A stretch of DNA of 64,000 nt from Eledone cirrhosa (taxonomy: Eukaryota). The notes under the pieces were generated by a model. It did no database searches and was not told the DNA's origin. It saw only the letters and a program-made list of their open reading frames with translations. Of this stretch, positions 14,230 through 28,059 are shown piece by piece (position 1 is the stretch's first letter; each line of letters opens with the position of its first letter). The DNA is taken from assembly GCA_964016885.1 (NCBI GenBank), contig OZ024746.1, positions 74,648,001 to 74,712,000 of the forward strand, given 5' to 3'. The position numbers were made by a program, and so were the translations under genes.

Positions 14230-14906
14230 ATTATTTCATCAAAATAATGCAAATTTATGCTGAAATCGAAGTTCACGCCGACTGTCATTACTCTGTCGAT
14301 TTATGTTCACAAGCTTTTTTCTCCTTACGAATTCACGTAGACACAGACTATCACAACCTTACTAGTTCTTGCTCACACCGGCCTGCACACTTTTAGCAAT
14401 TTATTTTCTTTGACCTTCACTGTTTTAGCAAATTATATTCCCATACACTATCAATATGTTACCAATTTACATTAACACAGAGAGACTACCAATGACTAGA
14501 TGTGACTAGTTCTAATGATTTTTCATATTTGTAGCAATACCTCTATGGTAGCCAGGAAATGATGAGTCGTATTTTACTGAGTAAGCTGAATGATGTGGGA
14601 AACTAGATAACAGGATACAGTAGTTGTGTGAGCAGTACATTTTCCTCAATGGGATAATCCAGCAGTTACACATAATAGATAATCGTAACAACTTTTCAGA
14701 TAGAAGTATGCACTTTATTCTGGTAAAGCGCGATTAGCTACAAGTTACTCCAGTGCTTTGAGATGGGTGTTAAGAACTAACTATAAGGACCTCTCAGACA
14801 CAGTTGTGATCATCTATTAGATGAAATTTGTATTGTAAGTAACAGTTACGTATAGATATAAAATACTTTATCACACTCTACTATATGTATAGAGGTTTGT
14901 ATGAGA

Positions 14907-15081
14907 TAATTGTGTCTACTATTGGCACAAGGCCAGCAATTACCCAGTGCATTACTGGTACTTTATTTTATCGATCCCGTAAGGATGAAAGGCGAAGTTA
15001 ACCTCGGCGGGATTTGAAATCAGAATGGCAAGGGCCGTAACTCCATGTTTCAAAGCATGGCGTTCGACCCTCTACCGATAC
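14907..15081 (-). mobile_element. SINE-A (subfamily with gaatggcaagggccgtaac)
   Basis: Family sequence, slightly 5'-truncated. Confidence 0.9.
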
Positions 15082-15212
15082 TCTTAGTAACCTGCATAAC
15101 ATATGCCAGGATATGTCTTGCAACAATTAATGAAGATATTCATGCATATATGAATTTATGTGTGTTTGTGATTGTGTGTGTGTGTGCGTGCGTGTACGTG
15201 TATGTGTGTGTG

Positions 15213-15312
<100 letters not shown>

Positions 15313-15674
15313 ATATAGATGTTGTATACAAATCGAAGATTATAGGTAAAATGTAAAAGAGGAAATGCACAGAAATGCGTATAAAGAATGTCGTCTGTAA
15401 TCCAACAAACCAAATATTTGAAACAAGTTCTATCAAATATTTCTTAACGGTTTCAGTTGATTACGAAAATCTATTGAAGTAATAATAATTAGTTTACTTC
15501 AACAAATAAATGTTCTTATATTTTGCGACTAGTTTCTATCATCCAACAACGTAGAATTCAAACTGTCGAGATACAATTGATTCAACGAAATTATGTAATG
15601 AGATCTATAGTCTTTGTAGAGTAAGCTCTCATCGCATATGATTCCATTGTAGATTCGACAGGAGCAAGTCATAA

Positions 15675-15720
<46 letters not shown>

Positions 15721-15722
<2 letters not shown>

Positions 15723-15934
15723 CGAACAATGGAAATAAAACAAAAGTCGAAGATAGAAACTTAATTAGTTCATTGTTTTATGATGACATGGATCTAGGAT
15801 ATCGATGACATAATCCGCTACCTATAAGTCAATATATTGATCTACCATGATCAATCAACCCTCTGAACCGATCGTAAAACAATGAATTAATTAAGAACCT
15901 ATCTTCGACTTTAGTTTTATTTCCATTGTTCGAT
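15721..15934. repeat. Inverted repeat (~65 bp arms) between (TG)n and (CA)n, with degenerate HHR 3' half
   Basis: 15721-15785 is the reverse complement of 15870-15934. GAACCGATCGTA at 15865-15876 matches GAAACGATCGTA at 50142-50153. Confidence 0.8.
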
Positions 15935-15939
15935 ACGCA

Positions 15940-16068
<129 letters not shown>

Positions 16069-16078
16069 GTTAAAAGCC

Positions 16079-16577
16079 AAACACACTGAGATGGTGGTTA
16101 AACTAATCATCCACACAGCAAAGATTCGATCTCCTATTTCGGATCAAACAGATATACAAATATAAAAATATATAAAAATATAAATGGATGAAAGATGGTA
16201 AAGTCCAGTGTTTGGGTTTCTGCGGCTCCATAAGTCATTTACTGTCCACTTACATAAAGGATGTTAGGTTTCTGGTATCATGACTGAACTGGGATTGCGC
16301 GTTGTCAACGGGATTCAGTTCGAAAGTCCACATAAATGTGTCTGTAGCTGACCCCACGTGGGGTTCAGCAAGGGAGGCAACACCTATATTAGGCGAATGA
16401 ATTCAGTTGTGTATAATATTGCGAAAATGCAAAATATCACAAATCGAATAGAGTTCTCGACAGAGTGGTTAAATATAACAAAGCTATTCAGCTGTCAATA
16501 GAATAGACCAAAAACAAAAATAGGAGATCGAATCTTCGCTGTGTGGATGATTAGTTTAACCACCATCTCGGTGTGTT
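16079..16577. mobile_element. Element with ~60 bp terminal inverted repeats in (TA)n context (MITE-like or fold-back retroelement)
   Basis: 16079-16139 is the reverse complement of 16518-16577. Confidence 0.6.
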
Positions 16578-16683
16578 GTAAGTTGTAAGCTCTAATTCAT
16601 ATGAATTATCGAGCGATCGCCACACAACTCGAAAGTGATTCTCGTTAATTCCTGAGCTGAAATTCGATTCTCGCTAATTTTTA

Positions 16684-16737
<54 letters not shown>

Positions 16738-16739
<2 letters not shown>

Positions 16740-16985
16740 GATGGATGGTCCTCCGTCGTTTTCAACGTTGAAATGAACGTGTTAGTGGCTGATTATTACA
16801 CTGATATGTATAATCGTAACATAATTCTCAGGCTGATTCGGCATGAGGTCATGTATGTCAAGTTTGGACCTTTGAATTACAGAAACCGTTCCTGTCTACC
16901 CAGTGCCACTCTAAAGGGATGGATTAACACGAGGCTACTGTGTCACTTGGCAAAAATGCCACATGGAGAGATATACTCAGTATAC
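16738..16985. repeat. Interspersed repeat fragment, related copy at 63935-64000
   Basis: Shared gatgg(a/t)cctccgtcg.ttt start. Confidence 0.4.
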
Positions 16986-17228
16986 ACACACCCGCGCACA
17001 CATACAAACACCCACGCACACACACACACACACACACACATACACACATACACATACACACACAAATCCATATATGAATAAATGAGCGAGTAAAGTTTGT
17101 GTAGTTAAGTGTACAAACAAAAACGTTTGATAAAATTCTTTATTTTACTATACTTCACGCCTAGTATTTGTTTCTCCACTATATATATATATATAAGTGC
17201 CTATATATATATATATAAGTGCCCATAT

Positions 17229-18244
17229 ATTTATAAGTGCCCACCTGCATATATTCCTACGGAATGTGTGAAGGCTTCTACATAACCCGGACACATTCTC
17301 CCAACTTGTAGAAAACTTATAATGAAACAATTGTTTGGAAAAGGAGATATATTTTAATTATGTCTCATATAAAATAATACTACTGGCCTTCCGCATAATA
17401 CATATAGTTAGCACCCCAAACGTAAAAATTGGGATTATACTAAGGTATATCCTAATGTTTGTTGAGTGAGATGGAAGCCAGTCAGAGTATATCTTAAAGC
17501 TTTCTCTGTTAATGTATTGAATATTATACTCTCGATTGGCCTGAGATGAATACTTCCAGAAACCTTTTAAGCGTAACTTTCCGTATTTATTATTGCTATG
17601 AAATATTGATTGTTATTCTGGTATCATATCTCTGTTTTTAGCCTAAGAAAATATCTGTATGCGTGTATAAATAATACATGCATATATTTATTTTTTTAAA
17701 ATCTAATTGAGTTCTTCACACGCAAGGTTAAAATTGTTGAAAAAATTAATTGACCCACGTGTATATTATTTTAAATCCTTGTGTTTCGCGATGACCTCTC
17801 CTTTTCCGTTTGAAGACAGTGTGAGACTCCTCATTCTGAGACTGCTGGAATTTCAAATTTGGCGGTCATTCTGATACGGAGAGAGACCGTCGCTGACATG
17901 GGATTAGACATCGGTAAGAGAGTTTTTTTTATATCGATGTTTGACGGGCATCCACTGATGATTTATAAGTGCCCACCTGCATATATTCCTACGGAATGTG
18001 TGAAGGCTTCTACATAACCCGGACACATTCTCCCAACTTGTAGAAAACTTATAATGAAACAATTGTTTGGAAAAGGAGATATATTTTAATTATGTCTCAT
18101 AAGATAATACGACTGGCCTTCCGCAAAATACATATAGTTAGCACCCCAAACGTAAAATTGGGATTATACTAAGGTATATCCTAATGTTTGTTGAGTGAGA
18201 TGGAAGCCAGTCAGAGTATAGCTTAAAGCTTTCTCTGTTAATGT

Positions 18245-18248
<4 letters not shown>
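17229..18248 (+). mobile_element. HHR-bearing partial tandem (1.4-mer, period ~732 bp) in (TA)n
   Basis: 17229-17519 is nearly identical to 17961-18248; (TA)n on both flanks. Confidence 0.8.
17951..18071 (+). ncRNA. Type I hammerhead with long stem II insertion and palindromic stem III
   Basis: TCCA-CTGATGA-t TTATAAGT..ACTTATAA t-GAAAC AATT GTT|TGGA. Confidence 0.72.
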
Positions 18249-18299
<51 letters not shown>

Positions 18300-18303
<4 letters not shown>

Positions 18304-18580
18304 TGTTCGGGTTAAATTTGACATGTTTTCTTTTAGGGAAAAAAAGTGTCTATCTCAGGCAAAAATAAAATCATTAGAGAACTAGAAAGTGGTATATAGA
18401 TTAAAACAATCAAAATATCAATTTCATTCAAAGAGGCCACCCTCAGCATCCACCACGACCTCTGGCACATGCGGCCTTTACGGTGTCAAACGCCCCCTTG
18501 ATCCTGTCGATCAGCTGGGTCTTGGTATTACAGGCAGTGCGGTTGATGTATTGAGCAAAATATTTATTGCACCCTGTATA
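18300..18580 (-). mobile_element. Tc1/mariner remnant
   Basis: Minus strand encodes EVVVDAEGGLFE*, the typical Tc1/mariner C-terminus; TA-CAGGGTG TIR-like end at ~18578. Confidence 0.55.
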
Positions 18581-18879
18581 TTGCCTTGTGAGTCTAGAAG
18601 ACAATTAGAATATTAAATTTTAAAATAAATATTCAAAACTAATTTTTACGCACAATCGTGATAATAGTTCCTGATTGTTCCCCTGCGAACAATTTCACTA
18701 ATTTCTTTAATGACTACTACAGTAGAGTAGCGTGTGTAAGAGTACAGATTAATATAGATATTTTGCTTATCTTAAACTACTGCATAATCTAAATAATAAT
18801 TACATTTTGTCGAAAAGAGGTTCGTTGAAACAGTCCACAAAGAAAACACATAGAACTTCCAGTTGCTTGAGTGAAATAG

Positions 18880-20053
18880 AAAAGCCCAATGTTTTGACGA
18901 CTAACTAGTGTCACAGGTTGAGAAATCGGGAGAATATTGCAAAAAAGTATACTCTTATTTCGTAGATGTCAGAGATATATAACCGCGTTTTACTGGGGTT
19001 GTTGTGGAAGGTTCTGCAGCAGTATGGGGTCGATGGACATTATCTGTTGCTCCAATGTTTCTATATTAATGCCCTATTATTTTTGTTCGGATAAATGATG
19101 CTAACTCGAAACCCTTTAATCTGGGTGTTGGACTCCACCTAGTGAGGGTACTGTCACCACTGCTGTTCGTAATCTTCATGAACACAATTGACATGCGCTG
19201 CCAGTTTGAAAGTGGTCACGAGACTCTCAGTTGTAGGATAAGTCGCCTTCAATTAGCAGACGACATACCACTACTTAACTCGACAGAAGTTGATTTCTGC
19301 TATTCACTTGATAGGTTTGCTGCTAAGTAAGAATGAAAATATGTGCTGTGAATACTAAGACACTCGTCCTTTCAAGAAGACCTGTGCAGTGCACTCTACA
19401 TGTGAGTGGAGTTCCACTGAAGCAGGTGGAGAAGATCAAGAGACCTGGAAGCGTGTTCACGAGTGATGGAATGTAGGAGGCTGAATTAAGTGCAGGAATC
19501 CCAGGAGCTGATGCTGTAATGTACCAGCTTCAGTATTTAGTTATCAGTAACAGTTGTAAAAGCCAAAGTAGATGTAAAAACCAAACTCGCTAGTTCGGTA
19601 TGCGTTCCAGCCCTTACCTATGGTCATGAATATTGGGTAATGATCAAAGGAATACGATCGGAAATACTATCCGCTGAAATGGAGTTCCTCCGAAGGTTCT
19701 TTGAAGTAACTTTCCTCGATAGAGTGTGTTACTCAGAGATCAAAGATTCTCTCCAAGTAGAGTCACTACTTCTCCGAATTGAAGACAACAGCTCCGATAT
19801 TACGGAGTAAAGAATCGCTGGACAGATTTTACGAACAAAACTAGTCGGGTGGAGTCCCAGGTGTCGACACCGAGCAAGATGGTGGAATAATATTCATGAT
19901 CCAGCTGGATTATTTGGAGATGGGTGCTTCTGACAGAAATTGCTGGAAGGCATGCTTGAGAACTCTGCCCCAGGACCCTGCCATGGAGAAGAAGAAGAAG
20001 AAGAAGAAGAAGAAGAAGAAGAAGAAGAAGAAGAAGAAGAAGAAGAAGAAGAA
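18880..20053 (+). mobile_element. Decayed RTE-clade LINE (RT domain to 3' end) with long (AAG)n tail
   Basis: LLWKVLQQYGV, SKPFNLGVGL, VLSPLLFVIFM, RLQLADD and YGHEYWV motifs with stops and frameshifts; (AAG)n at 19988-20053. Confidence 0.88.
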
Positions 20054-20293
20054 ATCTGTTGGAAGTATTTGGAGTAGATCTCCGGTTTAAGGTCAACCAC
20101 TTCCTACCCCCCCCCCCCAATCTTGGATATCCTGCAAAAAGACTTACGTATTTTTGCTATAAAATAAAGATTGGGTCTTCATGACTGGAACACCTTTGAA
20201 TGCTGGTCTTCTTGATCATGGCTGGCTACCTAGGGCTAAAAGCAATATAGAGTCGTGGGGCACTATCATGATTTCTGCCAAAAAGATGAAAGA

Positions 20294-20359
<66 letters not shown>

Positions 20360-20364
20360 GAGAG

Positions 20365-20470
20365 TCATTACCCTAGTACTGGATCGTTTTTTGTTTTTTG
20401 TTTGTATTTTTATTTATCGACCTCGAAAAGATGAAAGGCAAATTTGTCGACCTCGGCGGGAATTGAACTT
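20365..20470 (-). mobile_element. SINE-A fragment
   Basis: tttatcgacctcgaaaagatgaaaggcaaa...cctcggcggga. Confidence 0.7.
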
Positions 20471-20537
20471 TTAATCCATTGTTTAGCATATTTCTAATGA
20501 AAAAAACACTGTCCACTATTTTCAAATAGATTTGAAA

Positions 20538-20582
<45 letters not shown>

Positions 20583-20583
<1 letters not shown>

Positions 20584-21972
20584 TAGCTGACCCGTCCGGC
20601 TAGCCACCGGTTAGGTATAGCGGCATTTTATTTTTTCAGGAATCCCCCCTCCACTCCAGTACAAAGATACCGCACGCCTTCTCAAGTCTGCGGGGTTGGG
20701 GGGGGGGGGGTTAACGTGCAATGATGTGTTTGAATAGTTTTTAGGATTCCCCAGTTCAGCAGCCAGTACGTTAAAGAAAATTGATAGTTACAACAATAAA
20801 GGCTGAACAGAAAACAATTTTTTTAACAAACAATAATTTGTACAACCATAATGGAAATTCCAAGTAACAGAAAATATTAACTGACATTGTTAGAGCCTCA
20901 GAGTATACAATATTTTTTGTTCGGCCCTCCGGAGCAAAGATGAAGAGATTGTTTCGCGAGCTCAACCTAGAGCATCCTACATACAATTGACCATGGGAGA
21001 AGCACTGATCTCATAGCTCGTCTCACGGAGAAGCTCTGTAGACGTTGACCTCTGGACACTCCTATCAGAAGCAGGTAAGCTGTAGTGACTTAGAGGCCTA
21101 CCACCAATCTCCAGGACACTGTTTTCAAGACAAGTGAGCGCCTCATTGAAAACGACATCGTATGTTACGTTCGGATTGTGTCTGCGTGTGCGGTGGAGGA
21201 TATCCTCAGCTAGACTTTTGCGGTGGTTGTTCCACATTGCGAGAGGGTCGGCGAGATCGCAGTTGTGTAGCATAATAGCAAAACGTTTTCGCAGCTGAGA
21301 AGGGACTTTAGCAGTTGCTGCTTCTTGCAGGGTGAGGTGCCAATTGCTGTCATCGTGTAACATACCACGCATCTGGCAAGCCAAACGGTAAGTGGAACAT
21401 TGACGGCCATTGATGGTTCTCAGATCTTGGAAAGACTGTAGTCCTCTAACCTCGAACAGTAACAATGACGATAAGCCGTCTGTGCTTTCGTGAAATAAAT
21501 AGGTTTTTGTTTTTGTGTATGCAAAAATATCTGTACACGAATATATATATTAAAATAACAGATTGAAGTTTAAGGATCTTCTGAAACTAAAAAAAAACAA
21601 TCTGTGAACGCAGAAGTAAACATTTCGATAAACGTTATCTAATACAGACAGCCTGCCATACAGATACATATTATAAGGGCGCTACGTTATAGCTATGTAT
21701 CTATCTAAAAAAACAGACTAAGGAAAAGCGGGGAATGTTGTGCGACGTCATCAGAAAAAGTGAGGAATGTCGCATAACCGGAAGTGTTGACATTTGAAAT
21801 TTTAAAAAAGTGAAAATTTAAATAATTTCTTTAATCTTTTAACACAATTGAGTAGACAAAAATACCCTCACTTTTTTGCTTGGAAAAAATTACATCTATG
21901 GCGCAAATTTGGTGCTCTCTGGTCCAGCCGTTTGGCGAAAATTTTGTTACGGCCGTCAGCTTTATATTATAG

Positions 21973-21973
<1 letters not shown>
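20583..21973 (-). mobile_element. Non-autonomous Helitron deletion derivative with both termini
   Basis: Minus strand 5' A|TCTATAATATAAAGCTGA; 3' hairpin ccggtggctagccgg then CTAG|T. Internal RepHel peptides VRG..SFQDLRTING..TYRLAC..RGML.DD and FSHGQLYVGCSR..GRTKNIVYSEAL. Confidence 0.92.
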
Positions 21974-22035
<62 letters not shown>

Positions 22036-22038
22036 GGT

Positions 22039-22160
<122 letters not shown>

Positions 22161-22292
22161 TATAACAAATATGTCAGTATCATGATATATATATATATAT
22201 ATGTAGGAGGTGAGTTTTATTGTAGTACAATAAAGAAATGCAGATATCGGATAAGAAGCACTCTACAGTTTGTAGGATTGGAGTATACATAA

Positions 22293-22616
22293 TATATAAG
22301 AACAAAAGATGGTTAAAAGAGTTCCATGTATTTTATTATGCGCATTTCAAAAACAAATATCATCATGCAATAATATTTGTGTTTTCATCAGATAAAACAG
22401 GAAGACATGATATGAAGGTTAAAAAAACACTTGTGGATAGTGCAGTTTTATGTTGATTTAAAACTGCACTATCCACAAGTGTTTTTTTAACCTTCATATC
22501 ATGTCTTCCTGTTTTATCTGATGAAAACACAAATATTATTGCATGATGATATTTGTTTTTGAAATGCGCATAATAAAATACATGGAACTCTTTTAACCAT
22601 CTTTTGTTCTTATATA
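22293..22616. repeat. Near-perfect palindrome, ~158 bp arms, 8 nt loop, one HHR per arm
   Basis: 22293-22450 is the reverse complement of 22459-22616. Confidence 0.95.
22511..22579 (+). ncRNA. Type I hammerhead (mirror copy on minus strand at ~22330-22398)
   Basis: TTTTAT-CTGATGA-AAAcACAAATAT..ATATTTGTtTTT-GAAAT GCGC ATA|ATAAAA; stem III is the palindrome ATGCGCAT. Confidence 0.8.
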
Positions 22617-22625
22617 TATATATAT

Positions 22626-22703
<78 letters not shown>

Positions 22704-23282
22704 GTGCGTCAGTTTGTGTATTGTGTGTGTATTGTGTGTGTATTGTGTGTGTAAATGTTCACCATGTATAGTATGACAGAATTTTCTTTAACATATGGCT
22801 GCAGAAAGCTCTGCTCTGTGGCGATTAAAAAATAGGTAATGTGGAAGACGGGGAAGGTGGACAGAAGTGCAGAAACATTTTATTTCACTTTATTGAAGGT
22901 GTTAACTGATGGAATGCTGTTTTAAATGTGATATAAAAATACTGGCCAGAGAGAAAAACATTTACCATATGAATGAATATGTGTTGCACGTTAAACCTTC
23001 AGAAGTATTTAATTACACATGAAACATTTGGCATATCGACAATTAATTACTATGAAGTTACTATTGAACCTGTTACTCATTTAGACTTAACTTGGCATTT
23101 ATTGACTACATCCCTTTAATTCCTTACGGCTGCCTTTCCCATGTTTTTTTTCTTTCTTTCATTTTTTTGACGGCGTTTTGCTTTTCCATCACCCTCATCA
23201 TCTTTACTACCACCACCATCATTCTTGCCATCGACGACGTTCTCAACATCAACATCATTTATCTATCTAGCATGTGTGTGAG

Positions 23283-23900
<618 letters not shown>

Positions 23901-23905
23901 GGTAT

Positions 23906-23942
<37 letters not shown>

Positions 23943-25689
23943 ATACATGTACATATTTTATGGATGCCGTTTGTGTATTTTACTTTCAGACGAACTGTGT
24001 CGAAATTAACAAGGACATATAAAGAGGGTGGTTCGTGGTATTTTGTGATTGGTTGATTGCTTAGTGGGGTTCAATCCCTACACCATCACCATCACAAAAA
24101 AAAAAAAAATACAGTTAAACAGTTCCAGTTTTCCTTTCTTTCTTTCTCTTCATTCTGTTGTTATTATGACTGAAAATGTTAGTTTACATCAAATAGGGAA
24201 AAAAAAAACAAAAAAAGAAATACAATAAATATATGTGAGTGTGTAAAGAAAAAAAATATAACCCAACTAATTCTGTTTTTAAGTGTAATGTGATCACAAC
24301 TCGGAACACGGTTGTAGTTCCTTTCATCTGACGACTTTTGCTAAATAAGTTTAAAATTCTCGAGCAGATTAATAGCTTATAGCCATAGCATAGCGTCCTT
24401 TAGATGATGTTGAAAACCACTTAACAACTAACTCATCAGCAAACGTTTTTATTTGCCAATATAGAGCTCTTGTATTTAGCTGACTACCAACACTTTCAAA
24501 ATCGCTGAATAGGTTTACATTAGTTTTGCCTTTTTTTTCTTTTTTTTTTCACATTTTTTTATTCAGGTTATTCATTCTTTATATATTGATTTTTGAATTT
24601 TTGTTTGTTGTTTAATGTCTACCCTTAATAATTCACACAAAAAATGTTTCTATTCGTTTCCATTCTATTAGTTTGCTTAAGTGTATAATCGAATGTTTTT
24701 GATTTTTTTTTTTTTTTTTTTTTTCGTCACTTTAATTTAATGCAGAGGCTGCAGTCCTAGTGTCATTTCCTGCAATGTTTTCGTCACATTAATATTGATA
24801 ACAATATAATAAATTAGATATTAAAAAATACATAAAATTCTGAATTCAGATATTGTTTTTGTTTATGTTTTTATATATTTGTTTTTTTACAATCCCGTTA
24901 AAACGTGGTAGCGTTCATTTGTAAGAAACAGAAAGTCATTTCTTCACATTATTGATGACGTTTACTGTAATATACACGTTTATTACTTTAAACACAACGA
25001 TAGAGAATAATCTCTTCAACAGTGTGTCCTTAGTACACAATTCTATCGTACACAATATGGTTTTTCTATCATATACAATCACCATAAACTCTCTATAGAG
25101 CAAACCTTAACAATATTAACGACGCTCTTTTTAGAGATTGAAAACAAATTTAGAGCGGTGGATATTTGTTTCAATTCTCTGGGTTTTGAATTCAAATCTT
25201 GTCATAGTCACTTTGCATTTCATCTCTCCGGGTTCCACAAAGAAAGTACAAATTCAGTACAAACTAGTACAGCCTTCTCTTCCTCCAAAGGGCACATCAT
25301 GAATTTTCCGCTGGATCAAGAGAGCGGGAGTTGAGTGTCTGCCTGTGCTTGCTCGCATCTGCACTGCGATCGAGAGAGAGCTCCTAGCGAAAACAACTCA
25401 AGCTCGATTGAATAAGTCGTATTTGTAAACATTTAGTTTAATCCTCCGTTCAACATCAACATATCTAGACAGATCAACGTACCTAGAAACTTTTTGTCCC
25501 TAATTAAACGAAGAGCGCTCCTTAGCTCCATCACAAAAAAGTTAGAACCAGGAGTGTGTAGCTTAATGTTTAAAGTAAACTATTATCATTAATATACAAA
25601 AACTTAGGGAAAACTATTTCCTCAAACGTAGGTATGTATCTCTGCTACCCATTCACGGGAAAATTCTTGCCATTGTAACGCTTTTTAAA

Positions 25690-26112
25690 AAGCCTTTGTT
25701 CAAGCAATGTCAGAAAATGTCACAACGCTGCTTCCTCTGAGATTACGGCGAAGACATTATCTTCATAGAAAATGTAAGGAACGACAGGGACGTCCATCTC
25801 TCAAAGGCTTTTGAAATTTTAAATTGAGAATTTCTCTTGAACGTTCCCATTAACGGTCTTAAAATTGTAAATCTCCTCCGTCAGTTTTATAAATCTGTGA
25901 TGACCTGTGTTGTAAAGGGGCAGAAATCTAAGTCATTCAGTGTAAAGAAGTGATAACGTGAAAAAGCTGCTTGTTGACTTCTATACTTTTTAGTATTTTT
26001 TTCCATCCGCTTTTCCGCAAAAATATGGATATGGAGGTGTGATTTATTATTTCTTTCCAAATCAATGGAAAGCTTGTCAACTTAATTGTTCTGCAGGCCA
26101 TCAGCAAACTCA
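25690..26112 (+). mobile_element. Highly decayed RTE (BovB-like) RT fragment
   Basis: VKGQKSKSFSVKK..SCLLTSILFSIF..NGKLVNL..LQA.SK resembles RTE RT motifs. Confidence 0.5.
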
Positions 26113-26991
26113 ATTAAAATACAAGATTGTCAGTTTGCACTAATTTGATCTTAGGATTTCACATACACGTATGATCAACGGCCAAATTACAATACCAAAA
26201 ATACATCTAAAATCTGCAATTTACTTAGTTGAATGATACAGGAATCAATCTCCTTACCTATACTTTTCAATCTGTACTTCATAACATATATACAACATCA
26301 TTGATACATGACATATCAATTACCCATTCCTACAATTCCCTAAAAACTGATGCCCAAATTCTTCAAACCTATATCAATTAATTATATATCTGGCTCCTTC
26401 CATTGATCCATCTATTAAAACCTAAAATTATATATGTATCTATCTAACTATTTTTCTATCTGTGTATTTAAAATATTTTATTTCTCTTTCTCCATCCATG
26501 CATTTATCTATTTGTCTCTGTGTCTTACAGTCCACCTACCTATTTATCTGCATATTGTTTGGAAGGAGTACTCATATATCTTTCTGTGTATTTAATTAGA
26601 TACCCCCCCCCCCCCATCTATCTATCTCTATATTCATCTAGTTATCTACTTATTCTTCTACACATCAATCCTTTCATCTATATATGTGTCTGCGTGTAAG
26701 ATCATGATTTTTAATAGTCGTTCATTACCAAACATTATTCTATCCATGTCTACTATTTCTCAATAAGTCTTTTCTTCATTTGATACGCTCTATATTCACA
26801 TTATTATTTACAAACCAGATCCAACGACATATTTAATGAAACCTCATAGAATGTGTTTCTGTTACGTCATCATACACCTTGGAAGATAAATTTCTATAAC
26901 TCATCTATAAAGCTAGACAAATTATTTCCTATATTTTCAAGATAAAATCCACTCATTTGTCCACCATCTCTCACTCCCACTCTATCTTACC

Positions 26992-27077
<86 letters not shown>

Positions 27078-27084
<7 letters not shown>

Positions 27085-27283
27085 TAATGGATTAAAGTTT
27101 AAGCAAAGAATCTCTGCTTTCACCCTTAACGGGATCTTCAGAAGGGTGAAAGTAGCGATTCTTTGCTTAAATTTTATCTGTTATTTTAATAAATATTTGC
27201 TCTAGGGTTCCTATATATTTGATATATATTTACCCTTATCGAGCCCTCTTTGGATTTTAGTCTTCACATTTATTATTATTACT
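27078..27283. mobile_element. Fold-back insert with HHR core, same family as 61838-62076
   Basis: Inverted arms ~27078-27130 / 27143-27192; minus strand CTGAAGA-t CCC gttaa GGG t-GAAAG. Confidence 0.75.
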
Positions 27284-27465
27284 ATGGATTGGCAGTATCG
27301 GTAGAGGGTCGGACGCCATGCTTTCCAGCATAGTTACGTCCCTTTACGATCTGAGTTCAAATCCCGCCGAGGTTAACTTTGCCTTTCATCCTTACGGGGT
27401 CGATAAAATAAAGTACCAGTAATGAACTGGATAATTGCTGGCCTTGTGCCTAAAGTAGAAACAAT

Positions 27466-27466
<1 letters not shown>
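27284..27466 (+). mobile_element. SINE-A full length
   Basis: A/B boxes; TSD attactat. Confidence 0.93.
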
Positions 27467-27496
<30 letters not shown>

Positions 27497-27499
<3 letters not shown>

Positions 27500-27849
27500 T
27501 CGCCAATGGCGTAGACATTACAATACATACAATACAGCAGGGGAAACATGATAATAGTACCACTGATGATGTTGCAGATGTGCAACGAAAGAACTTTGTT
27601 AGACTATATATATATGTATTCATATCTGTATTTTTGACCGTTGGTCAGTCAGTGATAAACATTTATGGCCAAATGAATTAACTATGGAGATAAAAAAGAT
27701 ACTAAAGCGAAAACCAACCAAACAGTGAGTGTGTTCTGTTATTAATTGTGGCAATATTATTACAACAATATGACCCTCCCCAAGTATAACAATATTTGTT
27801 TCGACACACGATTTCATATCAAAAACCTTGCAAAACAAATTCATCGCCG

Positions 27850-27851
<2 letters not shown>
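27497..27851 (+). mobile_element. Penelope-like pLTR fragment: HHR followed by putative ORF start [24 protein letters not shown]
   Basis: HHR core 27563-27597 (CTGATGA-t GTTGCA gatg TGCAAC-GAAAG aa CTT); ATG at 27770. Related copies at 28280-28565(-), 60425-60586, 61338-61800 and 62148-62400(-). Confidence 0.7.
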
Positions 27852-27935
<84 letters not shown>

Positions 27936-28059
27936 GAACCAGTAAGACCCCGACAGCTGAGCTCAAGCCGTTTCGACGGCTAATTCTGGAAGCTCCAACA
28001 GTAATGGTTGCACTTTTTAAGTGTATGTCAATATTTATTTATAAAACTGATCTATATTA

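Noticed and set aside
12785-15081. Recurring ~180 bp repeats as a CRISPR-like or tRNA array
   Set aside because: Dispersed, both orientations, with TSDs and A/B boxes but no cloverleaf; these are SINE copies.
15523-15640. Minus-strand GAAAC-TA-GTC with upstream GATGA
   Set aside because: Core lacks CT and stem II is not evident; too degenerate to call.
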